64,000 nt of DNA from an uncultured delta proteobacterium (GTDB taxonomy: Bacteria; Myxococcota; Myxococcia; Myxococcales; Anaeromyxobacteraceae). Position numbers and translations under genes: made by a program. Under the pieces are notes generated by a model. The model had not been told where the DNA came from. It saw nothing but the letters and a program-made list of their open reading frames with translations, and made no database searches. Positions 26,934-37,476 of this stretch are shown here, in pieces (positions within the stretch are counted from its first letter, which is position 1; each line of letters begins with the position of its first letter). The DNA lies in the NCBI GenBank assembly GCA_963814585.1, contig CAWFDF010000008.1:1-64000 (forward strand), read 5' to 3'.

Positions 26934-27335
26934 ATGGACGAGCCGCGCGGAGACGAGCCGGGGACCGAAGCCGGCGCCAGGGGGCTGCAGGACGCCCTGC
27001 GCAAGGCGCTGCTGGCGGGCATGGGGGCCCTCTTCCTCACCGAGGAAGGGGCCCGCCGGCTGGCGCGTGAGTGGAAGCTGCCCAAGGAGCTGGTCGGCTA
27101 CCTCGGCGCGCAGGCCAGCGGCGCCAAGGACGAGGTGCTGCGCGTCTTCTCCGAGGAGGTCCGCCGCTTCTTCGAGTCGGAGGCGGTGCGCCGCGAGGTG
27201 ACCCGCACCCTCTCGTCGATGGTGATCGAGGTGAAGGCGGAGATCCGCGTCCGTCCCGACGAGAAGGGCGAGCCGCGGCCCGACGTGAAGGCCGAGGTGA
27301 GGGCCCGGCCGGCCGAGGAGCCGGCCGGGGACTGA
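26934..27335 (+). CDS. Small hypothetical protein, weakly phasin-like
   Basis: ATG after GGAGG, typical codon usage, and 'LRKALLAGMGALFLTEEG' amphipathic N-terminus. Confidence 0.7.
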   Translation: MDEPRGDEPGTEAGARGLQDALRKALLAGMGALFLTEEGARRLAREWKLPKELVGYLGAQASGAKDEVLRVFSEEVRRFFESEAVRREVTRTLSSMVIEVKAEIRVRPDEKGEPRPDVKAEVRARPAEEPAGD

Positions 27336-27454
27336 GCGCCCGTGCCGGCGTGCCTCGAGGCCATCCGGTCGGTCGATCCGCGGGGACACGACGCCCTGAT
27401 CGGCGTCAAGCGCCAAGGTGTCGCTCGCGTCCGGCCGCGGGCCGCAGTCGCGCG

Positions 27455-27483
27455 TTGACAAGCGCGCGGCCGTTCCCTTACAT
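27455..27483 (+). promoter_or_regulatory. Possible sigma70 promoter of the hbd-crt-ACAD cluster
   Basis: Perfect TTGACA, N17, then TTACAT (weak -10). Confidence 0.4.
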
Positions 27484-27513
27484 GCGGGGACCGATCCTTC
27501 GGTGGGGGTGCGC

Positions 27514-28362
27514 GTGGCGATCGAGACCATGGCGGTGGTGGGCGCTGGGCAGATGGGCAGCGGCATCGCGCAGGTGGCGGCCCAGGCCGGGCTGAAGGTG
27601 ATCCTGGCCGACGCCTCGCCGGAGCTGGCCGGAAAGGCCCATGCCAAGCTGGGCGCCGCCCTGTCGCGGCTGGTCGAGAAGGGGAAGCTCCCGGCGGCCG
27701 ATCGCGAGGCGATCCTCTCCCGCATCCAGCCCGCCGCCCGCCTCGACGACTGCGGTCCCGCCGACCTCGCCATCGAGGCCATCGTGGAGAGCCTGGCGGT
27801 GAAGGTCGAGGTCTTCAAGAAGCTGGACGCCATGCTGCGCCCCGAGGCGCTGCTCGCCTCCAACACCAGCTCCATCTCCATCACGGCGCTGGCGGCGGCC
27901 ACCCGGCGTCCGGCCCAGTTCATCGGCATGCACTTCATGAACCCGCCGCCGGTGATGGCGCTCATCGAGATCATCCGCGGCCTGCAGACCTCGGACGCGA
28001 CCTACCAGGCCATCACCGCGCTGGCGCGGAAGTTCGGCAAGACGGTGGTCACCTCCAAGGACGTGCCCGGCTTCATCGTCAACCGGGTCCTCATCCCCTT
28101 GATCAACGAGGCCTGCTTCGCGCTCCAGGAGGGGCTGGCCTCGGCCGAGGACATCGACACCGGCGTCAAGCTCGGCCTCAACCACCCCATGGGCCCGCTG
28201 ACGCTGGCCGACTTCATCGGTCTCGACACCTGCCTCTCCATCGCCGAGGTGCTCCACCGCGAGCTGGGAGACGACAAGTACCGCCCGGCCGCGCTGCTGC
28301 GCACCTACGTCGCCGCCGGCTGGCTGGGTCGGAAGTCCGGTCGCGGCTTCCACCAGTACTAG
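27514..28362 (+). CDS. hbd: 3-hydroxybutyryl-CoA dehydrogenase
   Basis: VVGAGQMGSGIAQ, LASNTSSISIT, GMHFMNP, PGFIVNR and HPMGPLTLADFIGLD. Confidence 0.92.
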   Translation: MAIETMAVVGAGQMGSGIAQVAAQAGLKVILADASPELAGKAHAKLGAALSRLVEKGKLPAADREAILSRIQPAARLDDCGPADLAIEAIVESLAVKVEVFKKLDAMLRPEALLASNTSSISITALAAATRRPAQFIGMHFMNPPPVMALIEIIRGLQTSDATYQAITALARKFGKTVVTSKDVPGFIVNRVLIPLINEACFALQEGLASAEDIDTGVKLGLNHPMGPLTLADFIGLDTCLSIAEVLHRELGDDKYRPAALLRTYVAAGWLGRKSGRGFHQY

Positions 28363-28372
28363 GAGTCGATCG

Positions 28373-29158
28373 ATGTCCTTCCAGAACATCAGCTGGGACG
28401 TGGACGGCGGGATCGGCACGCTCACCGTCAACCGGCCCAGGCAGCTCAACGCCCTCGACGTCCAGACGCTCACCGAGATCGGGTCGGCGCTGGAGCTGGC
28501 GCGAGCCCAGGCCGGCGACGTCAAGGCGGTCGTCCTCACCGGCGCCGGCGACAAGGCCTTCGTGGCCGGCGCCGACATCGCCGCCATGTCGAAGCTGGGC
28601 CCGGCCGAGGCCCGCGAGTTCGCGGCGCTGGGCCACCGGACGCTCAACGCCCTGGAGGCGCTGCCCGTGGTCACCATCGCAGCGGTCAACGGCTTCGCGC
28701 TGGGGGGCGGCTGCGAGCTGGCCATGGCCTGCGACCTCGTCTACGCCAGCGAGAAGGCGCGCTTCGGCCAGCCCGAGGTCAACCTGGGGCTCATCCCCGG
28801 CTTCGGCGGCACGCAGCGGCTCATCCGCCGCGTCGGCCTGATGCGCGCCAAGGAGATGATCTTCTCGGGCGAGGTCTACGATGCCGCCGCGGCGCGAGCC
28901 GCCGGCCTGTGTCTCGACGTGGTGGCCCCCGAGCGGCTCCTCGAGCACGCCCGCGCCAAGGGGAGGACCATCGCCTCGCGCGGGCCGGCCGCGGTCGCGC
29001 TGTGCAAGAGGGTCATGCAGCAGGGGGCGGACCAGCCGCTCCCCCAGGCCCTCGACGGCGAGCGGCTGGCCTTCGCCGGCCTCTTCGGCGGCGCCGAGGC
29101 GAAGGAGGGCATGGCCGCCTTCCTGGAGAAGCGCCCGGCGAAGTTCCCGGCGCCCTAG
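28373..29158 (+). CDS. crt: Enoyl-CoA hydratase (crotonase)
   Basis: KAFVAGADI, AVNGFALGGGCELAMACD and FGQPEVNLGLIPGFGGTQRL. Confidence 0.9.
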   Translation: MSFQNISWDVDGGIGTLTVNRPRQLNALDVQTLTEIGSALELARAQAGDVKAVVLTGAGDKAFVAGADIAAMSKLGPAEAREFAALGHRTLNALEALPVVTIAAVNGFALGGGCELAMACDLVYASEKARFGQPEVNLGLIPGFGGTQRLIRRVGLMRAKEMIFSGEVYDAAAARAAGLCLDVVAPERLLEHARAKGRTIASRGPAAVALCKRVMQQGADQPLPQALDGERLAFAGLFGGAEAKEGMAAFLEKRPAKFPAP

Positions 29159-29218
29159 GACCCACCAGCTGCCAACCCGCGCGGCGACCCCCCCGGCGCC
29201 GACAGAGAGGATCACGCC

Positions 29219-30363
<1,145 letters not shown>

Positions 30364-30389
30364 GCGCAGGCCTTGCGCGCGGGACCCCG

Positions 30390-31547
30390 ATGACGCTGGA
30401 GCCGACCGAAGCGCAGGCCGCCGTGGCCGCCACGGCGAGGGCCTTCGCGCGGGAGCGCATCGCCCCGGCGGCGGCCGCGAGAACGACCGGACTCGGAGGA
30501 GTTCCCGGTCCGAGCTCGTCCGCGGACTGGGCGAGCTCGGGCTGCTGGCCGTCAACGTGCCGGCGGAGTTCGGCGGCTCGGAGGCGGGCGCGGTGGCGGC
30601 GGCGCTCTCGCTGATGGAGCTGGCCGCGGCCGACGCCTCGGTGGCGGTCATCGCCGGCGTCACCAACATGGTCGCCGAGACCATCACCAGGTACGGCATC
30701 GCCGGAGCAGAAGGCCCGGCACCTGCCCCGGCTGGCCTCGGGCGAGTACCTGGCCGGCGCCTTCGGCCTCTCCGAGGCCGGGGCGGGGAGCGACGCCTCG
30801 GCCGTGGCCACCCGGGCGGTGCGGCGCGGCGAGCGCTGGGTGCTCGACGGAGCCAAGCAGTGGATCACCAGCGGCGACGTGGCCGGCGTGATGGTGGTCT
30901 GGGCCAGGACCGACCCGTCGCCGGCGGGCGGAAGGGCGGTGACCGCCTTCCTGGTGGAGCCGGGCATGCCGGGCTTCAGCGTGGGGCGGCACGAGGAGAA
31001 GCTGGGGCAGCGCGCCTCCACCACCGTCTCGCTGCAGTTCGACGGCGTGGAGCTGCCCGACGAGGCCCGGCTCGGGAGCGTCGGGCAGGGGCTGGCCGTC
31101 GCGCTCTCGGCGCTGGACGGCGGGCGGATCGGCATCGCCGCCCAGGCCACCGGCACCATGCGGGCGGCGCTCGAGGCCGCCCGCGGTCTACGCCCGGGAG
31201 CGCAGGACCTTCGGCAAGCCCATCGCCGAGCACCAGGCCGTCGCCTTCATGCTGGCCGACATGGCCACCGCCCACGACGCCGGCCAGGCTCATGACGCTG
31301 CGGGCGGCGGCGATCAAGGAGGCCGGGCAGCCGTTCACCGCAGGCCGCCTCGATGGCCAAGCTCCTCGCCAGCGAGGCCGCGCAGCGGGTGGTCGACCGG
31401 GCGGTGCAGATCTTCGGCGGCTACGGCTACACCGAGGAGTACCCGGTGGCCAAGCTCTTCCGCGACGCGCGGGTCCAGACCATCTACGAGGGGACCAGCG
31501 AGATCCAGCGCCTGGTGATCGCGCGCCAGCTGCTCCGGGATCCCTGA
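30390..31547 (+). CDS. Second acyl-CoA dehydrogenase with multiple frameshifts
   Basis: Fragments in changing frames: [53 protein letters not shown] and QIFGGYGY...[15 protein letters not shown]. Confidence 0.85.
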
Positions 31548-31566
31548 GCGGTGGCGGGGCGCGGCA

Positions 31567-32238
31567 CTAGGAACCGGTGCTGGCGACGGCCAGGTCGTCG
31601 TCGGTGGCGATGAGGTGGCCGGTCTGCTCCCGCTTCGCCCGCAGGTAGGTCTCGGAGTGCGGGTTGGAGGGCGAGGGCAGGGCGACGCGCCGCTGGACCC
31701 GGACGCCGGACTGGCGCAGCCCCTCCAGCTTGAGCGGGTTGTTGGTGATGAGCTGGACGCCGCGGACGCCCAGCAGCCGGAGCATCTCGGCGGCCACGTC
31801 GTAGCGGCGCAGGTCGTCATCGAAGCCGAGGAGCCGGTTGGCCTGGTAGGTGTCGTGGCCCCGGGCCTGGAGGGCGTAGGCGCGGATCTTGTTGCCGAGG
31901 CCGATGCCGCGGCCTTCCTGGCGCAGGTAGAGGAGCACGCCGCGCCCCCGCGCCGCGATGGCGTCGAGCGCCCGGTCGAGCTGCGCCCGGCAGTCGCACT
32001 TGAGCGATCCGAGCACCTCCGAGGTCAGGCACTCGGAGTGGACGCGGACGAGGGTGGCGTCTCCGGCCACCTCGCCCAGCACCATGGCGACGTGCTCGGC
32101 GCCGCCCCGCTTCTCGCGGAAGACGACCGCCTTGAAGAGGCCGCGGTGGGTCGGCAGTGGCGCCTCGGCGTAGAGCTCGAGGAGGTCCGGCTCCCGACGC
32201 GCGGCCCGCTCGACCATCGCCACCACGTTCTCGCTCAT
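31567..32238 (-). CDS. ribA: GTP cyclohydrolase II
   Basis: VRVHSECLTSEVLGSLKCDC, QEGRGIGLGNKIRAY and LITNNP. Confidence 0.95.
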   Translation of the reverse strand: MSENVVAMVERAARREPDLLELYAEAPLPTHRGLFKAVVFREKRGGAEHVAMVLGEVAGDATLVRVHSECLTSEVLGSLKCDCRAQLDRALDAIAARGRGVLLYLRQEGRGIGLGNKIRAYALQARGHDTYQANRLLGFDDDLRRYDVAAEMLRLLGVRGVQLITNNPLKLEGLRQSGVRVQRRVALPSPSNPHSETYLRAKREQTGHLIATDDDLAVASTGS

Positions 32239-32498
32239 CGCGATCTCACCCCCCGGACCGTCGTGGCCCGCGGGGGGGATATGCCGTTCGCGGCGCGGCG
32301 CGGCAAGGGGATCGTGCGATTCAGTCGCAACAAGCTCCATGGCCCAAAACCGGGAGTGATATCCGTTGAGTAGATGAGGCTTTCTCGCCGGAGCCAGCGG
32401 CCCACCCTTGCGGAGTGTCCGGGCTGCGTGCGAACGTCGGCCCGGGACCTGGGCGGCCGTCGAGGTGGCTCATCCACGTCGGTCCACGGGGGTGCTCC

Positions 32499-33425
32499 AT
32501 GCGGTTCATCATCGTCGGTGCCGGTGGCGTGGGCGGACTCATCGGTGGGCTGCTCCAGCGGAGCGGGCAGGAGGTGGCCTTCCTGGCGAGGGGCCGCCAG
32601 CTCCAGGCCATGCGGGAGGGCGGGCTGCACGTGCAGAGCCCGCGCGGCACCTTCCACCTTCCCCGGGTCGAGGTCTCCGACGACCCCTCGGCGCTGCCGC
32701 CCGGTGACGTCGTCCTGGTGGCGACCAAGGGCTGGCAGGTGCCGGAGGTGGCGCCCCGGCTGCCCCCGCTCCTCGGGCCAGGCGGCGTGGCCATACCCCT
32801 CGAGAACGGCGTCGAGGCCGCCGGCCACCTGGCCGCTGCGCTCGGCGAGGGACGGGTGGCCGGGGGACTCTGCTTCCTCCTGTCCCGCGTCGAGGAGCCC
32901 GGCCGCATCCAGCACGTGGGCGAGGCCCTGCGGGTGACGGTGGGCGAGCGAGGCGGCGGCACGTCCAGCCGGCGGCTCGAGGAGCTCTGCTCGGTGCTGC
33001 GTGCGGCCCACGTCGACGCCGAGGTGGCCCCCGACATCGACGTGGCGCTCTGGGACAAGCTCCTCTTCATCGAGCCCTTCGGTGCGGTGGGGGCGGTGAC
33101 CCGCTCGCCGGTCGGGATCTTCCGGACCCGGCGCGAGAGCCGCGAGCTGCTGGTCAGCGCCATGGACGAGGTGGCGACGCTGGCGCGGGCCCGGAGGGTG
33201 CGCCTGCCGGCCGACGCCGTGGCCCGCGCGATCCAGGCGATGGACCGGCTGCCGGCCGAGGCCACCGCCTCCATGCAGCGCGACATCCTGTCCGGGCGTC
33301 CCTCCGAGCTGGGCGACCAGACCGGGGCGGTGATGCGCCTCGCTCGCGACGCCGCCCTGGCGGTCCCGGTCCACGCCTTCCTCTGGGCGGCGCTCCTGCC
33401 CCAGGAGGACGCGGCCAGGCGGTAG
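32499..33425 (+). CDS. panE: 2-dehydropantoate 2-reductase
   Basis: IVGAGGVGG, LVATKGWQ, PLENGV, LWDKL and SMQRDILSGRPSE. Confidence 0.88.
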   Translation: MRFIIVGAGGVGGLIGGLLQRSGQEVAFLARGRQLQAMREGGLHVQSPRGTFHLPRVEVSDDPSALPPGDVVLVATKGWQVPEVAPRLPPLLGPGGVAIPLENGVEAAGHLAAALGEGRVAGGLCFLLSRVEEPGRIQHVGEALRVTVGERGGGTSSRRLEELCSVLRAAHVDAEVAPDIDVALWDKLLFIEPFGAVGAVTRSPVGIFRTRRESRELLVSAMDEVATLARARRVRLPADAVARAIQAMDRLPAEATASMQRDILSGRPSELGDQTGAVMRLARDAALAVPVHAFLWAALLPQEDAARR

Positions 33426-33476
33426 CCGGGGCCGGGGAGGCGATCCGGAGCACTCGAGGATGGGAGGATCACGGGC

Positions 33477-34451
33477 ATGCGGCTCGCCACGCTTCGCGAC
33501 GGTTCCCGGGACGGCCGGCTCGCCGTGGTGCGCGCCGACGGCCAGGCCCTCTTTCCCGCCGGTGACGTCGCCCGCACGCTGCAGGAGGCGCTCGATCGCT
33601 GGCAGGCCTGCGAGCCGCGCCTGCGCGGCCTGGCCGCGGATCTCGACGCCGGCCGGACGCGCGGCGAGCCGCTGGTGGTCGGGGGCCTGCACGCCCCGCT
33701 TCCCCGCGCCTACGAGTGGATCGACGGCTCGACGTTCCTGAACCTCGGGCGGCTGGCTCGCCAGGCCCGAGGCGTGCCGCCCCCGCCCTCGCTGGAGACC
33801 GATCCGCTGGTCTACCAGGGCGGGTCGGGCGTGCTGCTCGCGCCCACCGACCCCATCCCGCTCGGCGACCCGGCCTGGGGGCTCGACCTGGAGGGCGAGG
33901 TCTGTGCCGTCCTCGGCGACGTGCCGATGGGCACCCGCGCCGCGGAGGCGGCCGGGCACGTCCGTCTCTTCTGCCTGGCCAACGACCTCACCTTCCGGAA
34001 CCTGGTCCCCGGCGAGCTGGAGAAGGGCTTCGGGTTCTTCCAGTCGAAGCCGCCCACCGGCTTCAGCCCCTTCGCGGCGACGCCCGACGAGCTGGGTCCG
34101 GCCTGGCACGGCGGCCGCGTTCACCTGCGCCTCGAGGTCCGCCTGAACGGCGCCCTGCTCGGCGACCTGGAGACCGGGCCGGAGATGCACTTCTCCTTCC
34201 TCGACCTCATCCAGCACGTCACCCGGACCCGCGGCCTGGGCGCCGGCACCATCCTCGGCAGCGGCACGATCTCCAACCAGGCCGCGGAGCGCGGCGTCTC
34301 GTGCCTCCAGGAGCGGCAGGTGCGCGAGACCCTCGCCCACGGCGCCCCGCGCACCCCGTACCTCGCCGCCGGCGATCGGATCCGCATCGAGGCCCGCGAC
34401 GCCGCCGGCCGGAGCGTCTTCGGCGCCATCGAGCAGCAGGTCGTCAGCTGA
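33477..34451 (+). CDS. Fumarylacetoacetate hydrolase family protein
   Basis: PLPRAYEWIDGS, DPLVYQGGS, DLEGEV, NDLTFRNL, GFGFFQSKP and GTILGSGTISN. Confidence 0.88.
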   Translation: MRLATLRDGSRDGRLAVVRADGQALFPAGDVARTLQEALDRWQACEPRLRGLAADLDAGRTRGEPLVVGGLHAPLPRAYEWIDGSTFLNLGRLARQARGVPPPPSLETDPLVYQGGSGVLLAPTDPIPLGDPAWGLDLEGEVCAVLGDVPMGTRAAEAAGHVRLFCLANDLTFRNLVPGELEKGFGFFQSKPPTGFSPFAATPDELGPAWHGGRVHLRLEVRLNGALLGDLETGPEMHFSFLDLIQHVTRTRGLGAGTILGSGTISNQAAERGVSCLQERQVRETLAHGAPRTPYLAAGDRIRIEARDAAGRSVFGAIEQQVVS

Positions 34452-34529
34452 GGCGGGCCTCCCCGGGATCCGCCACCGGCTCCAGAACTCCGCTTGCCTG
34501 CCGGGCGCCCCCCCGCCATCATCCCCCCC

Positions 34530-35609
34530 ATGTCCATGGCGGGCCGCTTCCCTCACCTCAAGTACTTCAAGAACTCGATCCTGGTGACCATCCTCGGCCT
34601 GGCCGCGGGCGCCGCGGTGGGGTCCTACTACACCGGCACCGGGGCCGGCATCGCCAAGACCATCTTCATCGTGGCGGTGCTCAGCGTCCTCGAGGTCTCG
34701 CTCTCCTTCGACAACGCGGTGGTGAACGCCACGGTGCTGAAGGACATGACCCCGGTGTGGCGCCACCGCTTCCTCACCTGGGGCATCGCCATCGCCGTCT
34801 TCGGGATGCGGCTGGTCTTCCCGGTGGTGGTGGTCAGCATCGTCGCCTGGGTCGGGCCCTTCGAGGCCCTCCGGCTGGCGGCCCTGGAGCCCGGCAAGTA
34901 CGCCTACATCCTCACCAGCGCCCACGTGGTGCTGGGGGCCTTCGGCGGCGCCTTCCTGGGCATGGTGTGCCTGAAGTACTTCTTCGACGTCGAGAAGGAC
35001 GTCCACTGGATCCAGGTCCTCGAGTCGCGGCTGTCGAAGCTCGGGAAGATCGAGGGGGTCGAGCTCGGCCTGATGATGCTGGCCATCTACGGAGTCTCCC
35101 GGCTGGTGCCGCACCATGAGGGCCACGCCTTCCTGGTGGCCGGGATCTTCGGGCTGGTCACCTTCGTGGCCGTGGACGGGATCGGCGCCGCCATGGAGGT
35201 GGGACCCGACCAGATCCGCGACGTCCACCGGGCCAGCGCCGCCAACTTCCTCTACCTGGAGGTGCTGGACGCCAGCTTCAGCTTCGACGGCGTCATCGGC
35301 GCCTTCGCGCTCACCAACAACCTCTTCGTCATCGCCATCGGCCTGGGCGTCGGGGCCATGTTCGTGCGCAGCCTGACGGTGATGATGGTGGACGAGGGGA
35401 CGCTGGCCTCGTACCGCTACCTGGAGCACGGCGCCTTCTACGCCATCGGGGCCCTGGCGTTCCTCATGCTGGCGGGGACGGTCACCACCATCCCCGAGGC
35501 GATCACGGGACTCATCGGCGCCGGCTTCATCGGCGTGGCGCTCTGGTCCTCGATCCGGTTCAACGCCGCCCAGCTGCCGAAGGTCGAGGAGATCGCGCCC
35601 GGGGAGTAG
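34530..35609 (+). CDS. DUF475 / TerC-like integral membrane protein
   Basis: LEVSLSFDNAVVNA, FLTWGIAIAVFGMRL, YLEVLDASFSFDGVIGAFA and YLEHGAFYAI. Confidence 0.88.
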   Translation: MSMAGRFPHLKYFKNSILVTILGLAAGAAVGSYYTGTGAGIAKTIFIVAVLSVLEVSLSFDNAVVNATVLKDMTPVWRHRFLTWGIAIAVFGMRLVFPVVVVSIVAWVGPFEALRLAALEPGKYAYILTSAHVVLGAFGGAFLGMVCLKYFFDVEKDVHWIQVLESRLSKLGKIEGVELGLMMLAIYGVSRLVPHHEGHAFLVAGIFGLVTFVAVDGIGAAMEVGPDQIRDVHRASAANFLYLEVLDASFSFDGVIGAFALTNNLFVIAIGLGVGAMFVRSLTVMMVDEGTLASYRYLEHGAFYAIGALAFLMLAGTVTTIPEAITGLIGAGFIGVALWSSIRFNAAQLPKVEEIAPGE

Positions 35610-35674
35610 TCCTCGCCGGATCACGCCGGGTTTGCATTCCGGCGCGCCCCGGTCGAGGATGACGGACCGCCCGC

Positions 35675-36556
35675 ATGGCCGCCCGCATCCTCCAGATCAT
35701 CCTCCCGGTCTTCGTCATCGTCGCCGGCGGCTTCCTCTACGGCCGGCTGCGACGCTGCGACATCACGGTGCTGAACCGGCTCAACATGGACGTGTTCCTG
35801 CCGGCGCTGATCGTGGGCGCGCTCGCCACCCGGCCCTTCGACGCCGCCCGGAACGGGGCCCTGGTGCTGGGCGGGATCGCCGTGGTGCTGGGCTCGGGGC
35901 TGCTGGCCTGGCCCATCGCCCGCTGGCTGCGGTCGGATCCGCGCACCTTCGTGCCGCCCATGATGTTCAACAACTCCGGGAACATGGGACTGCCGCTGGC
36001 GGTGCTGGCCTTCGGCGAGGCGAGCCTGCCGGCCGCCGTGGCGCTCTTCGTGGCCTCGAACCTGCTCCACTTCACGCTCGGGGCCTCGCTGGTGCGGCGC
36101 GACGCCCACTTCGGGCGAATCCTGCTCTCTCCCATGGTGGTGTCCACCGTCCTCGGGGTCGCCCTGGGTGCGGCCGGCGTCGCCCTCCCGGCCTGGGTGG
36201 TGGTGACCCTGAAGATGATGGGCGACGTGGCGGTGCCGCTCATGCTCTTCACGCTCGGCCTCCGCATGGCGGCCACGGCCATCCGCGGCTGGCGCGTGGG
36301 CATGGCCGGGGCGCTGGTGCGGCCGGTGGCCGGCCTCGCCATCGCCGTGCCGCTGGGCTGGCTCCTGCACCTCGGGCCCACCCAGCTGGGGATGCTCTAC
36401 GTCTTCGCCAGCCTCCCGCCGGCGGTCCTGAACTTCCTCATCGCCGAGGAGTACCGCCAGGAGCCGGAGAAGGTGGCCTCGATCGTGCTGGTGGGCCACC
36501 TCGCCAGCCTGGTCTTCGTGCCGCTGGGGCTGGCGCTGGCGCTGCGGCTGTCCTGA
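35675..36556 (+). CDS. AEC (auxin efflux carrier) family transporter
   Basis: About 10 TM helices, FNNSGNMGLP, VPLMLFTLG and PPAVLNFLIAE. Confidence 0.85.
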   Translation: MAARILQIILPVFVIVAGGFLYGRLRRCDITVLNRLNMDVFLPALIVGALATRPFDAARNGALVLGGIAVVLGSGLLAWPIARWLRSDPRTFVPPMMFNNSGNMGLPLAVLAFGEASLPAAVALFVASNLLHFTLGASLVRRDAHFGRILLSPMVVSTVLGVALGAAGVALPAWVVVTLKMMGDVAVPLMLFTLGLRMAATAIRGWRVGMAGALVRPVAGLAIAVPLGWLLHLGPTQLGMLYVFASLPPAVLNFLIAEEYRQEPEKVASIVLVGHLASLVFVPLGLALALRLS

Positions 36557-36579
36557 TACCAGCACCTCGTGGAGGTCAC

Positions 36580-37476
36580 ATGAACGTCGGCTTCGTCGGT
36601 CTCGGCATCATGGGGAAGTCCATGTCCGCCAACCTGATCAGGGGAGGGCACGCGCTCTCCCTCCACTCGCGGAGCGGGGTGCCCGGAGAGCTGGTCGCCC
36701 TGGGCGGCAGCGCCTGTGGCAGCGGCCGAGAGGTGGCCGAGCGCTCGGAGGTGATCTTCATCATGGTGCCGGACACGGCCGACGTGGAGAAGGCGCTCTT
36801 CGCCCCCGGCGGCGTCGCCGAGGGGCTCTCGGCCGGCCAGGTGGTGGTGGACATGAGCTCCATCTCCCCGGAGGCCACCCGGGGCTTCGCCGCCAGGGTC
36901 CGGGCGCTCGGCGCCGAGTACCTGGACGCGCCGGTCTCCGGCGGCGACGTCGGCGCCCGCCAGGGCACGCTCACCATCATGGCCGGTGGCAACCAGGCCA
37001 CCTTCGACCGGGTGAAGCCGCTCCTCTCCCTGCTCGGGAAGAACCTCACGCTGGTGGGAGAGTGCGGGGCGGGACAGACCTGCAAGGTGGCGAACCAGAT
37101 CGTGGTGGCGCTCACCATCGAGGCGGTGGGCGAGGCGCTGCTCTTCGCCTCGAAGGCCGGCGTCGACCCGGCCAAGGTGCGCCAGGCCCTGCTGGGTGGC
37201 TTCGCCTCCTCGCGCATCCTCGAGGTGCACGGGGAGCGGATGATCGCGCGGAACTTCGAGCCGGGCGCGCGCGTGGCCCTTCACCAGAAGGACCTGAACA
37301 ACGCCCTCTCCGGCGCCCGGGCCATGGGGCTCCCGCTCCCCGCCACCGCGCTGGCCCAGCAGCTCTTCAGCGCCTGCGCCGCCATGGGCGGCTCGGCCTG
37401 GGACCACTCGTCGATGGTGCGGGCGCTGGAGAAGCTCGCCTGCCACGAGATCGGGTCTGGTCGCTCCTCGCCCTAG
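36580..37476 (+). CDS. glxR: 2-hydroxy-3-oxopropionate (tartronate semialdehyde) reductase
   Basis: GFVGLGIMG, MVPDTADVE, DAPVSGG, GQTCKVANQIVVAL and LLGGFASSRILEVHGERM. Confidence 0.85.
   Translation: MNVGFVGLGIMGKSMSANLIRGGHALSLHSRSGVPGELVALGGSACGSGREVAERSEVIFIMVPDTADVEKALFAPGGVAEGLSAGQVVVDMSSISPEATRGFAARVRALGAEYLDAPVSGGDVGARQGTLTIMAGGNQATFDRVKPLLSLLGKNLTLVGECGAGQTCKVANQIVVALTIEAVGEALLFASKAGVDPAKVRQALLGGFASSRILEVHGERMIARNFEPGARVALHQKDLNNALSGARAMGLPLPATALAQQLFSACAAMGGSAWDHSSMVRALEKLACHEIGSGRSSP

Noticed and set aside
32240..32490. FMN riboswitch upstream of ribA
   Set aside because: The RFN consensus blocks (GGGGCAGGGTGAAATTCCC..., GGATGGGAGA) are absent.
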